64,000 nucleotides of DNA from Nostoc sp. (GCA_036918135.1 JBALDB010000028.1:1-64000), one strand, 5' to 3'. Numbered from the stretch's first letter, positions 18,729-30,058 are shown. The notes: generated from the sequence alone by a model not told the origin. Made by a program: numbers and translations.

Positions 18729-19481
18729 TCAAGTTTCTGGTTCTACACCAAAAGCTTTTAAGCTTTCTGCCAAGATTTTTGCCCGTTGTTCTGCTTCCAC
18801 TTGCTGCTGTTCTGCAAAAGCTACGCGTTCTTCCAATTCTAGAATGCGTTCTTCTGGTGTTAACAATCTTTGTCCTTCCTCGTCATACCAGTACAACCAC
18901 TCCCGCGCTATACCTTGATAAATTCCTCGTTCTCGCCCAATTCCTAAACCAATTTCTGGTAGCCAAACAGGGTCTCCCGACATTAAACCTGAGATTAAAA
19001 CATATTCCCCATCAACTAAGCGATACACTTCCAAAGGCGACTTTTTCCGGCGTAGAGGATTGTACACAACGTAGTATAAAATTCCTAATTCTTTGGCATA
19101 GAATTGTTGCTTGGTGGTGTATTCTCCTCGATGGATTTGGGAAACAACTTCCAGTACCAAAATTGGTAGCTTTTTTTCTTCCCACAATACATAACTTAAG
19201 CGTAAGTCTAATCCTTGGGAGAAGGCTTTGCCTACATCAATAAAACGTTGGACTCCTAAGCTGAGAAACCCATCAGGGGCGATAGCTGGTTTGTCTGGGT
19301 GATAATAAATACCCATATTAACGCCAAAGAACCAATCCCAGCGATCGCACCAAGCTAAAGCCAGTATTGTTTTCAGCAAGCCGGGAATTGAATTTTGTAG
19401 TTCATTATCCACAGGAGTATCATCACAGTCGGGTAGTTCTTCGGAAGATGGCAAACAGTGCAGCGGATTGTAGTTTAACAT
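18729..19481 (-). CDS. Uma2 family endonuclease-fold protein
   Basis: LPSSEELPDCDDTPVDNELQ, APDGFLSLGV, SYVLWEE..PILVLEVVS, WLYWYDEEGQRLLTPEE. Confidence 0.9.
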   Translation of the reverse strand: MLNYNPLHCLPSSEELPDCDDTPVDNELQNSIPGLLKTILALAWCDRWDWFFGVNMGIYYHPDKPAIAPDGFLSLGVQRFIDVGKAFSQGLDLRLSYVLWEEKKLPILVLEVVSQIHRGEYTTKQQFYAKELGILYYVVYNPLRRKKSPLEVYRLVDGEYVLISGLMSGDPVWLPEIGLGIGRERGIYQGIAREWLYWYDEEGQRLLTPEERILELEERVAFAEQQQVEAEQRAKILAESLKAFGVEPET

Positions 19482-19731
19482 GAGCTATTTTGCTACATCT
19501 GATTTTAAATTGTAGATAATCAATTGATATGCGATCGCATAGTAACAATCAAAAAGTATTTTGAGCGATCGCTGTCTTTTCTTCAGTAGTCAAACATGAA
19601 TAAGTATAATTTTTCTGCGTACATAAATTACTGTTACTGGGGGATTAAAAAAATAACAAATGACTAATGACCAAAAAGGGCAGGTACAAAACCCGCCCTA
19701 AAAATAATATTAATTGAAATTAGTGACCTAT

Positions 19732-21309
19732 CTAATTAGCAATTTCCGGCGCACTCAAAGAAATTTTTGGCGCTTCTGGTTTTTGTTGTGCTAATGTCGG
19801 CACGGAATTACGCAATCTTGCTGTCAATTGTACAGTTGTGGAGTCGTACATCTGAGTTAGCAATTTCGGATAGAAACCAATACCAATAATTGGCACTAAT
19901 AAACAGGCAATGATAAATACTTCACGGGGTTCAGCATCTATCAAAGCTTGGTGAGAAACCAATTCTTCATTTTCTTGTCCGTAGAAAATTTCTCGTAACA
20001 TCGACAGCAGATAAATTGGAGTTAAAATCACCCCAACTGCCATCAAGAAAACCACAATAACTTTGAAGGTAGAGCTATAAGCATCACTAGTAGCAAAGCC
20101 TACAAATATCATTAATTCTGCTACGAAACCGCTCATTCCTGGCAATGCCAAAGATGCCATTGAACAGGTAGTGAACATGGCGAAAATTTTCTGCATCCTC
20201 TTACCGACACCGCCCATTTCATCCAACATCAGGGTGTGTGTGCGGTCATAAGTTGCACCTACCAGGAAGAACAAACTTGCCCCAATTAACCCGTGGGAAA
20301 CCATTTGCAATACTGCTCCACTCAATCCCAAATCGGTGAAGGAGGCAATGCCAATGGTGACAAAGCCCATGTGAGAAATTGAGGAGTAGGCAATTTTTCG
20401 CTTCAGGTTGCGCTGGGCAAATGATGTCAGGGCGGCGTAGATGATATTTACTACCCCCAAAACCACTAACACGGGCGCAAAATAAGCGTGGGCGTCAGGC
20501 AGCATTTGGGCATTCATCCGAATCAGAGCGTAACCGCCCATTTTTAGGAGAATACCTGCTAGTAGCATGTGTACGGGGGCTGTAGCTTCACCGTGGGCAT
20601 CTGGTAGCCAGGTGTGCAAGGGAATAATTGGCAACTTGACAGCGTAGGCAATCAAAAAGCCACCGTAAATTAAAAGTTGGAAATTGAGGGCGTAATCTTT
20701 GAGGCCAAGCGATCGCATATCAAAAGTGACTGTATCGCCATAAAAGGCCATTGTCAAAGCGCCGACCAAAATAAACAGCGAACCGCCAGCAGTGTACAAA
20801 ATAAACTTGGTCGCTGCATATTGTCGCTTTTTGCCTCCCCAAATTGCCAGCAGCAGGTAAACCGGAATCAACTCCAATTCCCACACCAGGAAAAACAGCA
20901 GCATATCCTGGACGGCGAAGACGGCAATTTGACCGCCATACATCGCCAACAGCAAAAAGTAAAATAGCTTGGGCTTAAAGGTCACAGGCCAAGCTGCTAG
21001 AGTCGCTAGGGTGGTAATGAATCCAGTCAAAATAATTAGAGGCATGGACAAGCCATCAGCCCCTACCGACCAATTCAAATCGAGTTGCGATACCCAGGGG
21101 TAACTCTCCACCAACTGCAAATTTGGATTGGAGAAATCGTACCCAGTATAAAAAGCGTAAACAATCAGTGCAAAATCTATCAGCCCGATAATCAGGGAGT
21201 ACCAGCGCACTGTTTTGCCGTCTTTATCTGGGATGAAGGGAATTAGTAGTGACGCCGCTATCGGAAACAGAATAATCGTCGTCAGCCAGGGGAAATTAGC
21301 TGTATTCAT
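19732..21309 (-). CDS. ndhD1: NAD(P)H-quinone oxidoreductase subunit 4 (NdhD1)
   Basis: [45 protein letters not shown]. Confidence 0.95.
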   Translation of the reverse strand: MNTANFPWLTTIILFPIAASLLIPFIPDKDGKTVRWYSLIIGLIDFALIVYAFYTGYDFSNPNLQLVESYPWVSQLDLNWSVGADGLSMPLIILTGFITTLATLAAWPVTFKPKLFYFLLLAMYGGQIAVFAVQDMLLFFLVWELELIPVYLLLAIWGGKKRQYAATKFILYTAGGSLFILVGALTMAFYGDTVTFDMRSLGLKDYALNFQLLIYGGFLIAYAVKLPIIPLHTWLPDAHGEATAPVHMLLAGILLKMGGYALIRMNAQMLPDAHAYFAPVLVVLGVVNIIYAALTSFAQRNLKRKIAYSSISHMGFVTIGIASFTDLGLSGAVLQMVSHGLIGASLFFLVGATYDRTHTLMLDEMGGVGKRMQKIFAMFTTCSMASLALPGMSGFVAELMIFVGFATSDAYSSTFKVIVVFLMAVGVILTPIYLLSMLREIFYGQENEELVSHQALIDAEPREVFIIACLLVPIIGIGFYPKLLTQMYDSTTVQLTARLRNSVPTLAQQKPEAPKISLSAPEIAN

Positions 21310-21628
21310 CGCAATTCGTCTGCTATCAAAATCATGTTTGGCAAAAAGTCACTAGTTATTAACTAACAGCTTTTTGGGGATTTGGTCTTACTCGTTAGGT
21401 TGATTTAATTAAATTGGCAACCCCCAATTTTTCTCTTGGGAGTGCGGAATATGGGTTAGGCTACTCCCAGTCAAGTCAAAAATTTACCCTAAAAAAGCTG
21501 CTCAACTAGAATTCTAGCGACGGGATCGCCTAGTCCAATCCAAGCGTCGCTAAAAATACACGATGCTGTTTGCTGGTTGTCGAAAAAAGCGATTTCGTGC
21601 AAAAAAGCATTACAGGAGAAACAACCCT

Positions 21629-21883
21629 ATGATAATGGCACAAATTGAAAGTCAGATTCGTTATCTCACCAACGCAGATGGAGAAACAACAGATCTACTC
21701 GTCCCTGTAGAATGGCAACAGCTTATCAGTTCTATAAATTCTAATAACGTCAGTGGTTTAGCTTGGATTGATGAACAAGAGCCAAAAGCAGAAATATTAG
21801 CCGACCTGCAAGAGTCTGTGCGACAAGCAGCAGCAGGAGAAACTTTGCCAGTTTCACAGCTTTGGAACGATATCACAGCCTAG
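21629..21883 (+). CDS. Hypothetical protein, antitoxin-like (orphan)
   Basis: RBS AGGAG; IRYLTNADGETTDLLVPVEW and EILADLQESVRQAAAGETLPVSQLW resemble cyanobacterial antitoxins. No toxin ORF follows. Confidence 0.6.
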   Translation: MIMAQIESQIRYLTNADGETTDLLVPVEWQQLISSINSNNVSGLAWIDEQEPKAEILADLQESVRQAAAGETLPVSQLWNDITA

Positions 21884-22003
21884 ATTTATGGCAATTGCTT
21901 TTTAATAGAGAAAGTGCGATCCCAAAGCTTACCTCAACCTGATCTGATCGCAATACCATATCATTTATCTACTGTGTAGTCTGTCTTCCATAGCAATAAC
22001 TTC

Positions 22004-23190
22004 ATGCCTTTCTCCGATTTTACTAATCCTTATCAAAATCCGGCTAACGTACCACAGAAGTATCGCCAGCATATAAATCTACAGAAGTTATTTAAAGCTG
22101 ATGGTTCTTATGTGCGTCCAGCAGAAGACCCTGTGACGATGTGGGCGCTTCAGATTTTAGTAGAAGAGTACGGTGTTCCAATACAGGCAATGGAACTAGA
22201 ACTAAATTCAGATTTTGCCGAGGGAACTTATCAAGGCGGGCGACGCTATCAAGGACGGGCAGACGTTGTAGTTTATGATGACCGTTATGCTGATTCTGTA
22301 GGTAATTTGGATGTAGCCTTCATTATGGTGGAGGCTATGGAACCAAGTAAAAAAGTTGGCGGGACTGAGGGGGAAGGTTGGGTCGATCATCTTAACCGAC
22401 TCAATGCTTACATGAGTGCTTCACCATCTGCCCGTTATGCTATTTTAACCAATGGTAAACATACAGTAATTTATCGTCGTGACCTTGACTACCCACGCAA
22501 GTTAGAAATAATTGGTGATTTACAAAAGTATGAAAGCGCCCGTGAAGCTGCACAGCACAGTTTTTATACTGTAATTCTTAATCCTAGTGAACCAGATGGG
22601 ATTCAAACAGGACTCACGCCCCTAACCCGTGATAAGTTTCGGGAGGTTTTAGGAGATACGCGTTCTGGTTGTCACTCTATTCTCAGAGATAACGAAGGTT
22701 TGCAGCCACAAGAAGCCGTTGATGCAATGGTTAAATTCTTGTTTGCTAAGTGGTATGACGAACAGGCAACAATTGACTTGGTAAAGCAAACAGGAGAATC
22801 ACGGGCTTATGTATTTAGTGTTAGTAATGAAACTGACCCAGAACGTTTATTAGTTCAAGTCAGAGACACTTTTGAGAAAGCGAAGCAGTGGGAACGAGAA
22901 ACATTAGCGAAAAAATTTGGTGCTGATTTGGGTGTGCGTTTGGCATTTAATGAGGCTGATGTACTGCAATTCAAGCCTCACACGACAATGGAAATCGTTA
23001 AGCGTTTACAGCCTTGGAGTTTACGAAAATCTTCAGCAGATGTCAAAGGTGGGGTGTTTGAGGATTTTTTGAGTAAGACTTTCCGGGATGATTTGGGGCA
23101 ATATTTCACACCTACACCAGTAATTAATTTAATGGTGGAAATTTTGCAACCTACAGTAAATGATTATGTTGGTGATCCTGCTTGCGGTTC
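22004..23190 (+). pseudogene. Truncated restriction-modification protein (HsdR_N-like nuclease + N6 DNA methyltransferase)
   Basis: GRADVVVYD...MVEA nuclease-like motif, YAILTNG, ADVKGGVFEDFL, LGQYFTPTPVI. Breaks right after motif I DPACGS, with no NPPF/Y motif IV; the ORF runs on in unrelated sequence to 23290. Confidence 0.8.
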
Positions 23191-23513
23191 AGCTAATTTG
23201 CACTGGCATCATCCCCGCAGAACTCGACGGCAAACCCTGCCTCCATTCCCAAGCAGGGCGCTTTCCCGACATCAAACCCCTCAATCCTGAAGACTCAAAC
23301 TACACCATCGACAAAGGAAAACCAGGCGACCTCTGCCCAACCTGCGCCAAACAACAACTCTCCCACCTTGGACACTGGCAAGGTCACAGAAATCAAAAAT
23401 TCCCTGAAGAACTGCTATCACTGCGGTTGTTCAAGTGTCGGATGTGGCTATGGCTAGTTGTCCCAGGACTGCACGACCATGATGCAACCCAGCTTTTATC
23501 ACAAAATCTATGA
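23190..23513 (+). pseudogene. 5'-truncated Cys/His-containing hypothetical protein
   Basis: Open, protein-like frame QLICTGIIPAELDGKPCLHS...LCPTCAKQQL..LGHWQGH...FKCRMWLWLVVPGL. It begins at the compositional junction with the methylase and has no own start. Confidence 0.55.
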
Positions 23514-23656
23514 GATGAGAGTGTTTAGAAGCGATGAAAACACACTCATACTTACAACAACCACACCACAAAATTACAAATCTTGTCAAAAGCCAGCAAA
23601 TAAGTTTCCGACGCTTCCTGCTGGCTCTTGGCTCCCTAACAAAAGGAGACATTCAC

Positions 23657-23860
23657 ATGATAAAACCAGTTATTGTCCAAAATCATCCTTGGGTGATAGT
23701 AAAAACTGTAGTGATTACCCAATCTCACACCGTCGCCCGTTTTGCTAACCGCCAAGATGCAGATGACCATTTAAGATTTTTGCGTCGAACTATTCCCAAT
23801 GGAGGTTTTGAGATTATGTTTGAACCACCAGATAATGTAAAAAAAGACTTTAATATTTAA
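23657..23860 (+). CDS. Small hypothetical protein (67 aa)
   Basis: RBS AAGGAG; HPWVIV...VARFANRQDADDHLRFLRRTIP..FEIMFE, a pattern common in Nostoc small proteins. Confidence 0.7.
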   Translation: MIKPVIVQNHPWVIVKTVVITQSHTVARFANRQDADDHLRFLRRTIPNGGFEIMFEPPDNVKKDFNI

Positions 23861-23954
23861 CACAATTTGGGAGTTTAAGTAAAGAGTAAATATCAAGCAG
23901 TGTGTTTTGTGTCGGGTTAAAATCCCCGTTACAAAACGTAATCGCAAATTGTTT

Positions 23955-24137
23955 TTAGCTTGCTTGCAGTCGTTTGGGTAACTCTGTTTCAATCTCTTCT
24001 GCTGATATTTTTACTCGTCCTGGAACTGCCCGTAACATATCTACGTATTTGTGAAAGGCTTCAATATCTAGAGGGTTATGGCGTACATATACTAGTAGTT
24101 CTTGGCGCGTCATTCCTTCAAAATGTGATTCCGTCAT
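23955..24137 (-). CDS. DUF6887 family protein
   Basis: FEGMTRQELLVYVRHNPLDIEAFHKYVDML. Overlaps the upstream DUF6888-like gene. Confidence 0.75.
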   Translation of the reverse strand: MTESHFEGMTRQELLVYVRHNPLDIEAFHKYVDMLRAVPGRVKISAEEIETELPKRLQAS

Positions 24138-24306
24138 ACGTTAATCCCCCATCAATGTCGATTTCTATTTCTATTGTCTCTTCAACAATAATGTAGATGC
24201 AACGTGTTCGTTCATCTAACCGAGTCATGTTAATTGCTTTTAACAGATTGCTAGTTTGTACGCATACTCGGTATAGCGATTTAAGTTGAGCTGTTGTTGG
24301 TTCCAT
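24118..24306 (-). CDS. DUF6888 family protein
   Basis: MEPTTAQLKSLYRVC...INMTRLDERTRCIYIIVEETIEIEIDIDG. ATG at 24306. Confidence 0.75.
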   Translation of the reverse strand: MEPTTAQLKSLYRVCVQTSNLLKAINMTRLDERTRCIYIIVEETIEIEIDIDGGLTYDGITF

Positions 24307-24397
24307 TATTTCTTCAATTGTCAGAATCAAAAACCACATTATACGAGTCACATTTGCGGAATGTGGGTTTAATTGCTGACTATCAGCTAAAAAAAAT

Positions 24398-24425
24398 GTA
24401 GAGACACGAAATTTCGCGTCTCTAC
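24398..24425. repeat. REP-like palindrome
   Basis: GTAGAGACACGAAATTTCGCGTCTCTAC, same family as 16564-16632. Confidence 0.7.
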
Positions 24426-24458
24426 TTAGGGGCAGACAGCCATCCACCTCAATGAAAA

Positions 24459-26558
24459 TTAGGTGACACCAAAGACAATCACTAAACCCAAAACAGCCCC
24501 AAACACAATCAAGGCATAAAATTGAGCACGACCGTTTTCTAGATATTTCAGACCTTCGCCGCTGACTAGGGTGAAGAAGCCTGTAAGGTTAACTGCACCA
24601 TCGACAACGCGGAAATCAACTTCCATGACTTGTCTGGCTACGCGACGCAAGCCGACGACAAAAACACGATGGTAAATGTCATCAAAGTACCACTTGTTGA
24701 GGGATAACTCGTAAAGTGGTTTGATTTTAGCAGCGATCGCCGCCGGATCAATTTTTCTCCACAAATACATTAACAAAGCCAAGGTAATGCCAATTACGGA
24801 AATTGCCACTGAAGCACCCGCCATGATATAAAACTCTGTCGGGTCGAACTCAGCAGTTTTTTCTAGAACTTCCGTGATACTTTCCGTGGGAGAAAAGATA
24901 AACTCCTCGAAGTAATTGGCAAAGGGAGTTCCTACCAAACCAATCAAAATCGAAGGCACTGCCAAAACTGCTAACGGCAGAGTCATTGTCCACGGTGACT
25001 CGTGAGGAGAATCGCTGTGATGTCCGTGGGAATCATGGGAGTGATGGTGGTCACCAGTTGCCGCCAATTCTCCTTTTTTCATTGCCCCAGGGCCAAAATT
25101 CGGCACTGGTTCTTCTGACTCTAACTCTAGGACGATGGTCGCTGCTTTCTTCAGCTTTTCCTTGATTTTCTCGTCATTTCCGCGGAATTTGCCTTCAAAT
25201 GTCATGAAATACATTCTGAACATATAGAAAGCAGTAATGCCGGCGGTTACCCAACCAATCAACCAAAGCAATGGGTTAGCAGCAAAAGCTTGACCAAGAA
25301 TTTCATCTTTTGACCAGAACCCAGCAAAGGGAGGTATACCAGAAATTGCCAAGCAACCAATCAAAAAGGTAGTTGCCGTGACTGGCATATACTTCCGCAG
25401 TCCACCCATCAGCCGCATATCTTGGGCTAAGGCAGGGTCGTGACCGACGACACCTTCCATACCGTGAATTACTGAACCTGAACCTAAAAACAGCATCGCT
25501 TTGAAATAAGCGTGGGTCATCAGGTGGAATAGTCCAGCACTGTAGGAACCTATTCCCATTGCCATCACCATGTAACCGAGTTGGGAAATGGTGGAATAAG
25601 CCAAGCCTTTTTTGATGTCGTTTTGGGTAATGGCAATGCTTGCCCCCAAAAACGCCGTAAATGCCCCAGTAAAGGCAATAACGTTCATTGCTGCTGGGAC
25701 ATCTTCAAATACTGGGTACATCCGGGCTACCAGGAAAACACCCGCCGCCACCATTGTTGCCGCGTGAATCAAGGCAGAAATCGGGGTAGGACCTTCCATC
25801 GCATCTGGTAGCCAGACGTGCAGAGGAAATTGGGCAGATTTCGCCACTGGACCCAAGAAAACTAAAATCGCAAACAGGACAGCGAGAAAATTGCTGATAC
25901 TACCTGTTTCTACAAGTTGGGCGAGGCGATCGCCCATAATATTAAAATCAAAGCTTCCTGTTGCCCAGAACAGCCCTAAAATTCCCAGCAGGAGACCAAA
26001 GTCACCTACACGATTGGTTACAAATGCTTTTTGAGCGGCATCTGCTGCTGACTTGCGATCGTACCAAAAGCCGACCAGCAAGTAGGAACACATCCCCACT
26101 AGTTCCCAGAATATATAAATCTGTACTAGGTTGGGGCTAAGCACCAAACCTAACATTGAAGAGCCAAATAAGCTGAGATAAGCATAAAACCGCACGTAAC
26201 CGGGATCGTGAGCCATATAGCCATCGGTGTAAACCATGACTAAGAAAGCTACTGTTGTCACGATAACCAGCATTAGGGCTGTCAGGTGGTCAACAGTGTA
26301 GCCCATGCTCAGGTGAAAATTGCCTGCCGCAGCCCACTCCAGGGTATGGGTATAAGCCGGATGTCCTTGAACTTGACTCCACAACAAGGCAAACGACAGC
26401 GCCATAGCTGCTCCCATTAGAGAGATAATTACTACAGCGTTCAACTGCCGCAGGCTGTTTGTCACCTGATTCAACGAGATTAACCCTAGACCGACCAGCA
26501 TTGCCCCCAAAAGAGGTAACACGGGAATCAGCCAGGCATACTGATAGATTACTTCCAT
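24459..26558 (-). CDS. ndhF1: NAD(P)H-quinone oxidoreductase subunit 5 (NdhF1)
   Basis: YQYAWLIPVLPL, KAFVTNRVGDFG, AKSAQFPLHVWLPDAMEGPTPISALIHAATMV, PHESPWTM. Confidence 0.96.
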   Translation of the reverse strand: MEVIYQYAWLIPVLPLLGAMLVGLGLISLNQVTNSLRQLNAVVIISLMGAAMALSFALLWSQVQGHPAYTHTLEWAAAGNFHLSMGYTVDHLTALMLVIVTTVAFLVMVYTDGYMAHDPGYVRFYAYLSLFGSSMLGLVLSPNLVQIYIFWELVGMCSYLLVGFWYDRKSAADAAQKAFVTNRVGDFGLLLGILGLFWATGSFDFNIMGDRLAQLVETGSISNFLAVLFAILVFLGPVAKSAQFPLHVWLPDAMEGPTPISALIHAATMVAAGVFLVARMYPVFEDVPAAMNVIAFTGAFTAFLGASIAITQNDIKKGLAYSTISQLGYMVMAMGIGSYSAGLFHLMTHAYFKAMLFLGSGSVIHGMEGVVGHDPALAQDMRLMGGLRKYMPVTATTFLIGCLAISGIPPFAGFWSKDEILGQAFAANPLLWLIGWVTAGITAFYMFRMYFMTFEGKFRGNDEKIKEKLKKAATIVLELESEEPVPNFGPGAMKKGELAATGDHHHSHDSHGHHSDSPHESPWTMTLPLAVLAVPSILIGLVGTPFANYFEEFIFSPTESITEVLEKTAEFDPTEFYIMAGASVAISVIGITLALLMYLWRKIDPAAIAAKIKPLYELSLNKWYFDDIYHRVFVVGLRRVARQVMEVDFRVVDGAVNLTGFFTLVSGEGLKYLENGRAQFYALIVFGAVLGLVIVFGVT

Positions 26559-26780
26559 CACTGACGCCTACTTTTAGAACTATTAACTAGCGTGTCGGAA
26601 CTGTTAACAATTGTGACACACACCCTTTAGGATAAAATAACCCACCCAAAGCTGATTGGGTGGGGTATTAAGCATGGTTTTAGATTTGGCCTTTGGGTAT
26701 GGGAAGAAGCAGGGGAGCAGGGAGCTCTTAGCAAAGGAGAGGATATTCTCCCTTGCCCCCTGCCCCTGTGCCTATTTCCG

Positions 26781-27167
26781 TTAAGCTGACCGACACTCCA
26801 AGTCAATCGTTTTGGAACCCTTGTAGATTTTAGGGCGACTACTGTAGCTGACTTTAATATCTTCTAAAGCTAGACGTAAATCTTCTCTGCCGCGAAAACC
26901 TTCCAAGCGATGCCGAATGCTGCCATTTTCAATCAATAGTAAAGTGGGCAGTGATTTGAGCTTATAAGTAGTTGACAATTTAAAATTTTGGTCGGCGTTA
27001 ACCACAACCAATTTAATTTCCTCGCCGCATTGGGCTTGAAATTGCAACAAAAGTGGGTGGATAATCCGACACAATCCACACCAAGGGGCTTCAAAATTAA
27101 CTAAAACAGGAATTGGAGATTCTAAAACTTCTTGAGTAAATGTCCGCTCACTAACCGACAACACCAT
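26781..27167 (-). CDS. trxC: Cyanobacterial atypical thioredoxin TrxC
   Basis: WCGLC active site in a thioredoxin fold. Confidence 0.85.
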   Translation of the reverse strand: MVLSVSERTFTQEVLESPIPVLVNFEAPWCGLCRIIHPLLLQFQAQCGEEIKLVVVNADQNFKLSTTYKLKSLPTLLLIENGSIRHRLEGFRGREDLRLALEDIKVSYSSRPKIYKGSKTIDLECRSA

Positions 27168-27842
27168 GACGCCTCTTGAATTATAGGGTTTTTATCTTAA
27201 AGTAGCTATCTGCACTCAATTCATTAGTGCTGAGTTTCGAGTTCTGAGGAGCCACTGCGGTCATTTGGTCTCCAAATGTGGAGCAAGTGGCGTTGTTGAG
27301 TGGAACTCCCTAACTAAAGTTAGGAGATTGTAATGAGGAACTCGTTTGTTTTTCTTTACGACTCAAGTGGGGGATGGATACTACTTGCCAAATGATGAGT
27401 ACTAACTTACTTTATTTTACTCAGTAATCAGGACTCATTGCTTGGCATTAGTTCGGTGAAAGATTGGCAAGCCAGTAAATTGCGTTGGCAAAGCCCGCCG
27501 TAGGCTTCACTGCTTTCAGGACATAAATCTTAGGACACAGTAATGATTTAGACATAGATTTAGCGCGTTTATGTGTCTGCGAGCGAAAAGCCTGCATAAC
27601 TTTCACGGTGGCTTTTTTGATACTAAATTTGCAATTGCGGTCGCTGCCTAACAATTGAGACTGAATCGGACGTTTACTTCCCAGGAATAACAACTGACCA
27701 ACACGTTACCGATATAAAATTTCAAGTTGATTGAATATACCCCCACAGATAAATGTTTTAATTTATCGTACATTGATTTGGGGGCAATTGATAAGCTGAA
27801 ATTTTCATCGACTTTGGATTTTATGCTGACAATGGGGATCGT

Positions 27843-28565
27843 TTAAAATTCCCATTTTATCGTACCACTTGCTTCTAGCAATAGAGGGTGCGACCACCAA
27901 AGCAAAACTATAAAAATCGCAACTCCTAAATAAGCAGGGCGGAGGAATTCCTGCCATTTGATAGATTGACGGCCGTCAATAATTGCTTTGAACGGAATAA
28001 TTGAAGTCCGCTGTTTGACGATTTCAAAGGCTGAACCATAGCGTAAGCTCAAGCGGCGATCGCCGTGCCAAACCCCGAACAAGTGATGCAATACCAAACC
28101 AATGGAGGTCACAAGGGTAAAAGTAGTACCCAGCCATAAAGTATGGGCAATACACCATATTATTTGTCCTACCATCTGGGGATGACGAGTAATCCGAATA
28201 ATTCCTGTTTCATAAAGATGAACTTGAGGCTTTTGAATGGCAGCAATTTCTAGTAGATTGAAGGTAGCAGGATATAAAAACAAAAACGAGATGGCTGACA
28301 AAACCCAAACAACTTCTCGTACTCCCGGCACTCCTTGTACCTGCCAAAGTTGCAAACCATCATAGCGATGCCTAAAAAAATAAATAATTAAGATTACAGC
28401 CAATGGTAGGCTGACTAATGCAAAAAGAATACGATAAAGCCTTAGCCCAATGTATTTTTCTGCCCAAGGGCGCAAAGCAGCACCCCCACTGTGAGCGATC
28501 GCAAAAACTATTTGTAACCCCAGTATGACAAAATGACTGGGTGTCAACCAAAAAATCGGCATCAT
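27843..28565 (-). CDS. NnrU family protein / 15-cis-zeta-carotene isomerase (Z-ISO) homolog
   Basis: AIAHSGGAALR, FLYPATFNLLEIAA, ETGIIRITRHPQMVGQ, WHGDRRL. Confidence 0.88.
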   Translation of the reverse strand: MMPIFWLTPSHFVILGLQIVFAIAHSGGAALRPWAEKYIGLRLYRILFALVSLPLAVILIIYFFRHRYDGLQLWQVQGVPGVREVVWVLSAISFLFLYPATFNLLEIAAIQKPQVHLYETGIIRITRHPQMVGQIIWCIAHTLWLGTTFTLVTSIGLVLHHLFGVWHGDRRLSLRYGSAFEIVKQRTSIIPFKAIIDGRQSIKWQEFLRPAYLGVAIFIVLLWWSHPLLLEASGTIKWEF

Positions 28566-28778
28566 AATACACGGGTGAAGTAATTTAAAGAAAACTAAAT
28601 TCAGTACAACCAATACCACAAAGTATTCAAAAGAGGACTTTAGTCAAGATGTTGTACTACTGTCTTTTTCGAGTTAAGCCTTCAAGTTTAAGATGCAACA
28701 AATCACGCTAAGCTGATTGCTGGCAAAGGTGATTTGTTGCGTACATCTGCTCCTTTCAAAGTTTGTGGGTTGAGCCTT

Positions 28779-29792
28779 ATGTCTGACCTTCCTTTCACTT
28801 TAGATCAGTTACGTATTCTGAAAGCGATCGCACAAGAAGGGAGCTTCAAGCGCGCTGCTGATAGTCTTTATGTCTCCCAACCTGCCGTCAGCTTGCAAGT
28901 CCAAAATCTCGAACGGCAGCTTGATGTTCCTTTATTTGACCGTGGAGGACGACGCGCACAATTAACCGAAGCCGGTCATCTACTGTTAAGCTACGGCGAA
29001 AAAATCCTCAGCCTGTGTCAGGAAACCTGCCGCGCCATTGAGGATCTACAAAATCTCCAAGGCGGTACTTTAATTGTCGGTGCTTCTCAAACCACCGGTA
29101 CTTATCTTTTGCCGAGAATGATCGGTATGTTCCGACAAAAATATCCAGATGTGGCAGTACAATTACATGTCCACTCTACTCGACGTACTGCTTGGAGTGT
29201 CGCTAACGGACAAGTCGATCTCGCCATTATCGGTGGTGAGATTCCTGGTGAACTGGCAGAATCTTTGGAAATTATTCCTTACGCTGAAGATGAACTAGCA
29301 CTGATTTTACCTGTCTTTCATCCATTAGCCAAACTTGAAAAAATCCATAAAGAAGACCTATATAAATTACAGTTCATTGCTTTAGATTCCCAATCAACAA
29401 TCCGCAAAGTAATTGACCAAGTGTTAGCACGTTGTGAAATTGATACCAGGCGTTTTAAAGTTGAAATGGAACTCAATTCTATTGAAGCAATAAAAAATGC
29501 TGTGCAATCTGGTTTAGGAGCTGCCTTTGTCTCCACTAGCGCGATCGCTAAGGAATTACAAATGGGTGTTCTCCACTGTGCCAACATTGAAGGCGTGGTC
29601 GTCAAACGAACTCTATGGCTGATTTTTAATCCTAATCGCTATAGATCCAAAGCCGCAGAAGCCTTTAGTCAAGAAATTTTGCCCCAGTTTGCTAACCCTG
29701 GATGGAACCAAGATGTGTTAACATTGACACAAAAAAACATAGTATTAACTACATTGGATACAGCAACGCCCATCTCTTCCGGTGAAGACTAA
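28779..29792 (+). CDS. rbcR: LysR regulator, RbcR/Ycf30 (PacR) type
   Basis: [73 protein letters not shown]. Confidence 0.88.
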   Translation: MSDLPFTLDQLRILKAIAQEGSFKRAADSLYVSQPAVSLQVQNLERQLDVPLFDRGGRRAQLTEAGHLLLSYGEKILSLCQETCRAIEDLQNLQGGTLIVGASQTTGTYLLPRMIGMFRQKYPDVAVQLHVHSTRRTAWSVANGQVDLAIIGGEIPGELAESLEIIPYAEDELALILPVFHPLAKLEKIHKEDLYKLQFIALDSQSTIRKVIDQVLARCEIDTRRFKVEMELNSIEAIKNAVQSGLGAAFVSTSAIAKELQMGVLHCANIEGVVVKRTLWLIFNPNRYRSKAAEAFSQEILPQFANPGWNQDVLTLTQKNIVLTTLDTATPISSGED

Positions 29793-30058
29793 AATCTATC
29801 TGGTCATTAGTCCTACCCTTCCCTATGGGTCGCTTCGCCAGTGGGAAGCCGCCCTTGTAGCGTCTATGTCATTTGTCCTCTGTTTTTTTGTAAATGACCA
29901 AATAATTCGTAATTCGTAGTTATTACCCATACGCTGTAAATAAGCTAGGGATTTAACATCAAGAAAAAGTTTTCTGTATTGATAAAGAAATTTAGTCTAT
30001 CTGTAGGCTGAACTAATTACGAATTACGAATTATTTTGACTAATGACTCATCACGAAA

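Noticed and set aside
22004..23290. Intact 428-aa methyltransferase, or a programmed frameshift into 23160-23513
   Set aside because: Catalytic motif IV is absent, and the downstream frame is not methylase-like.
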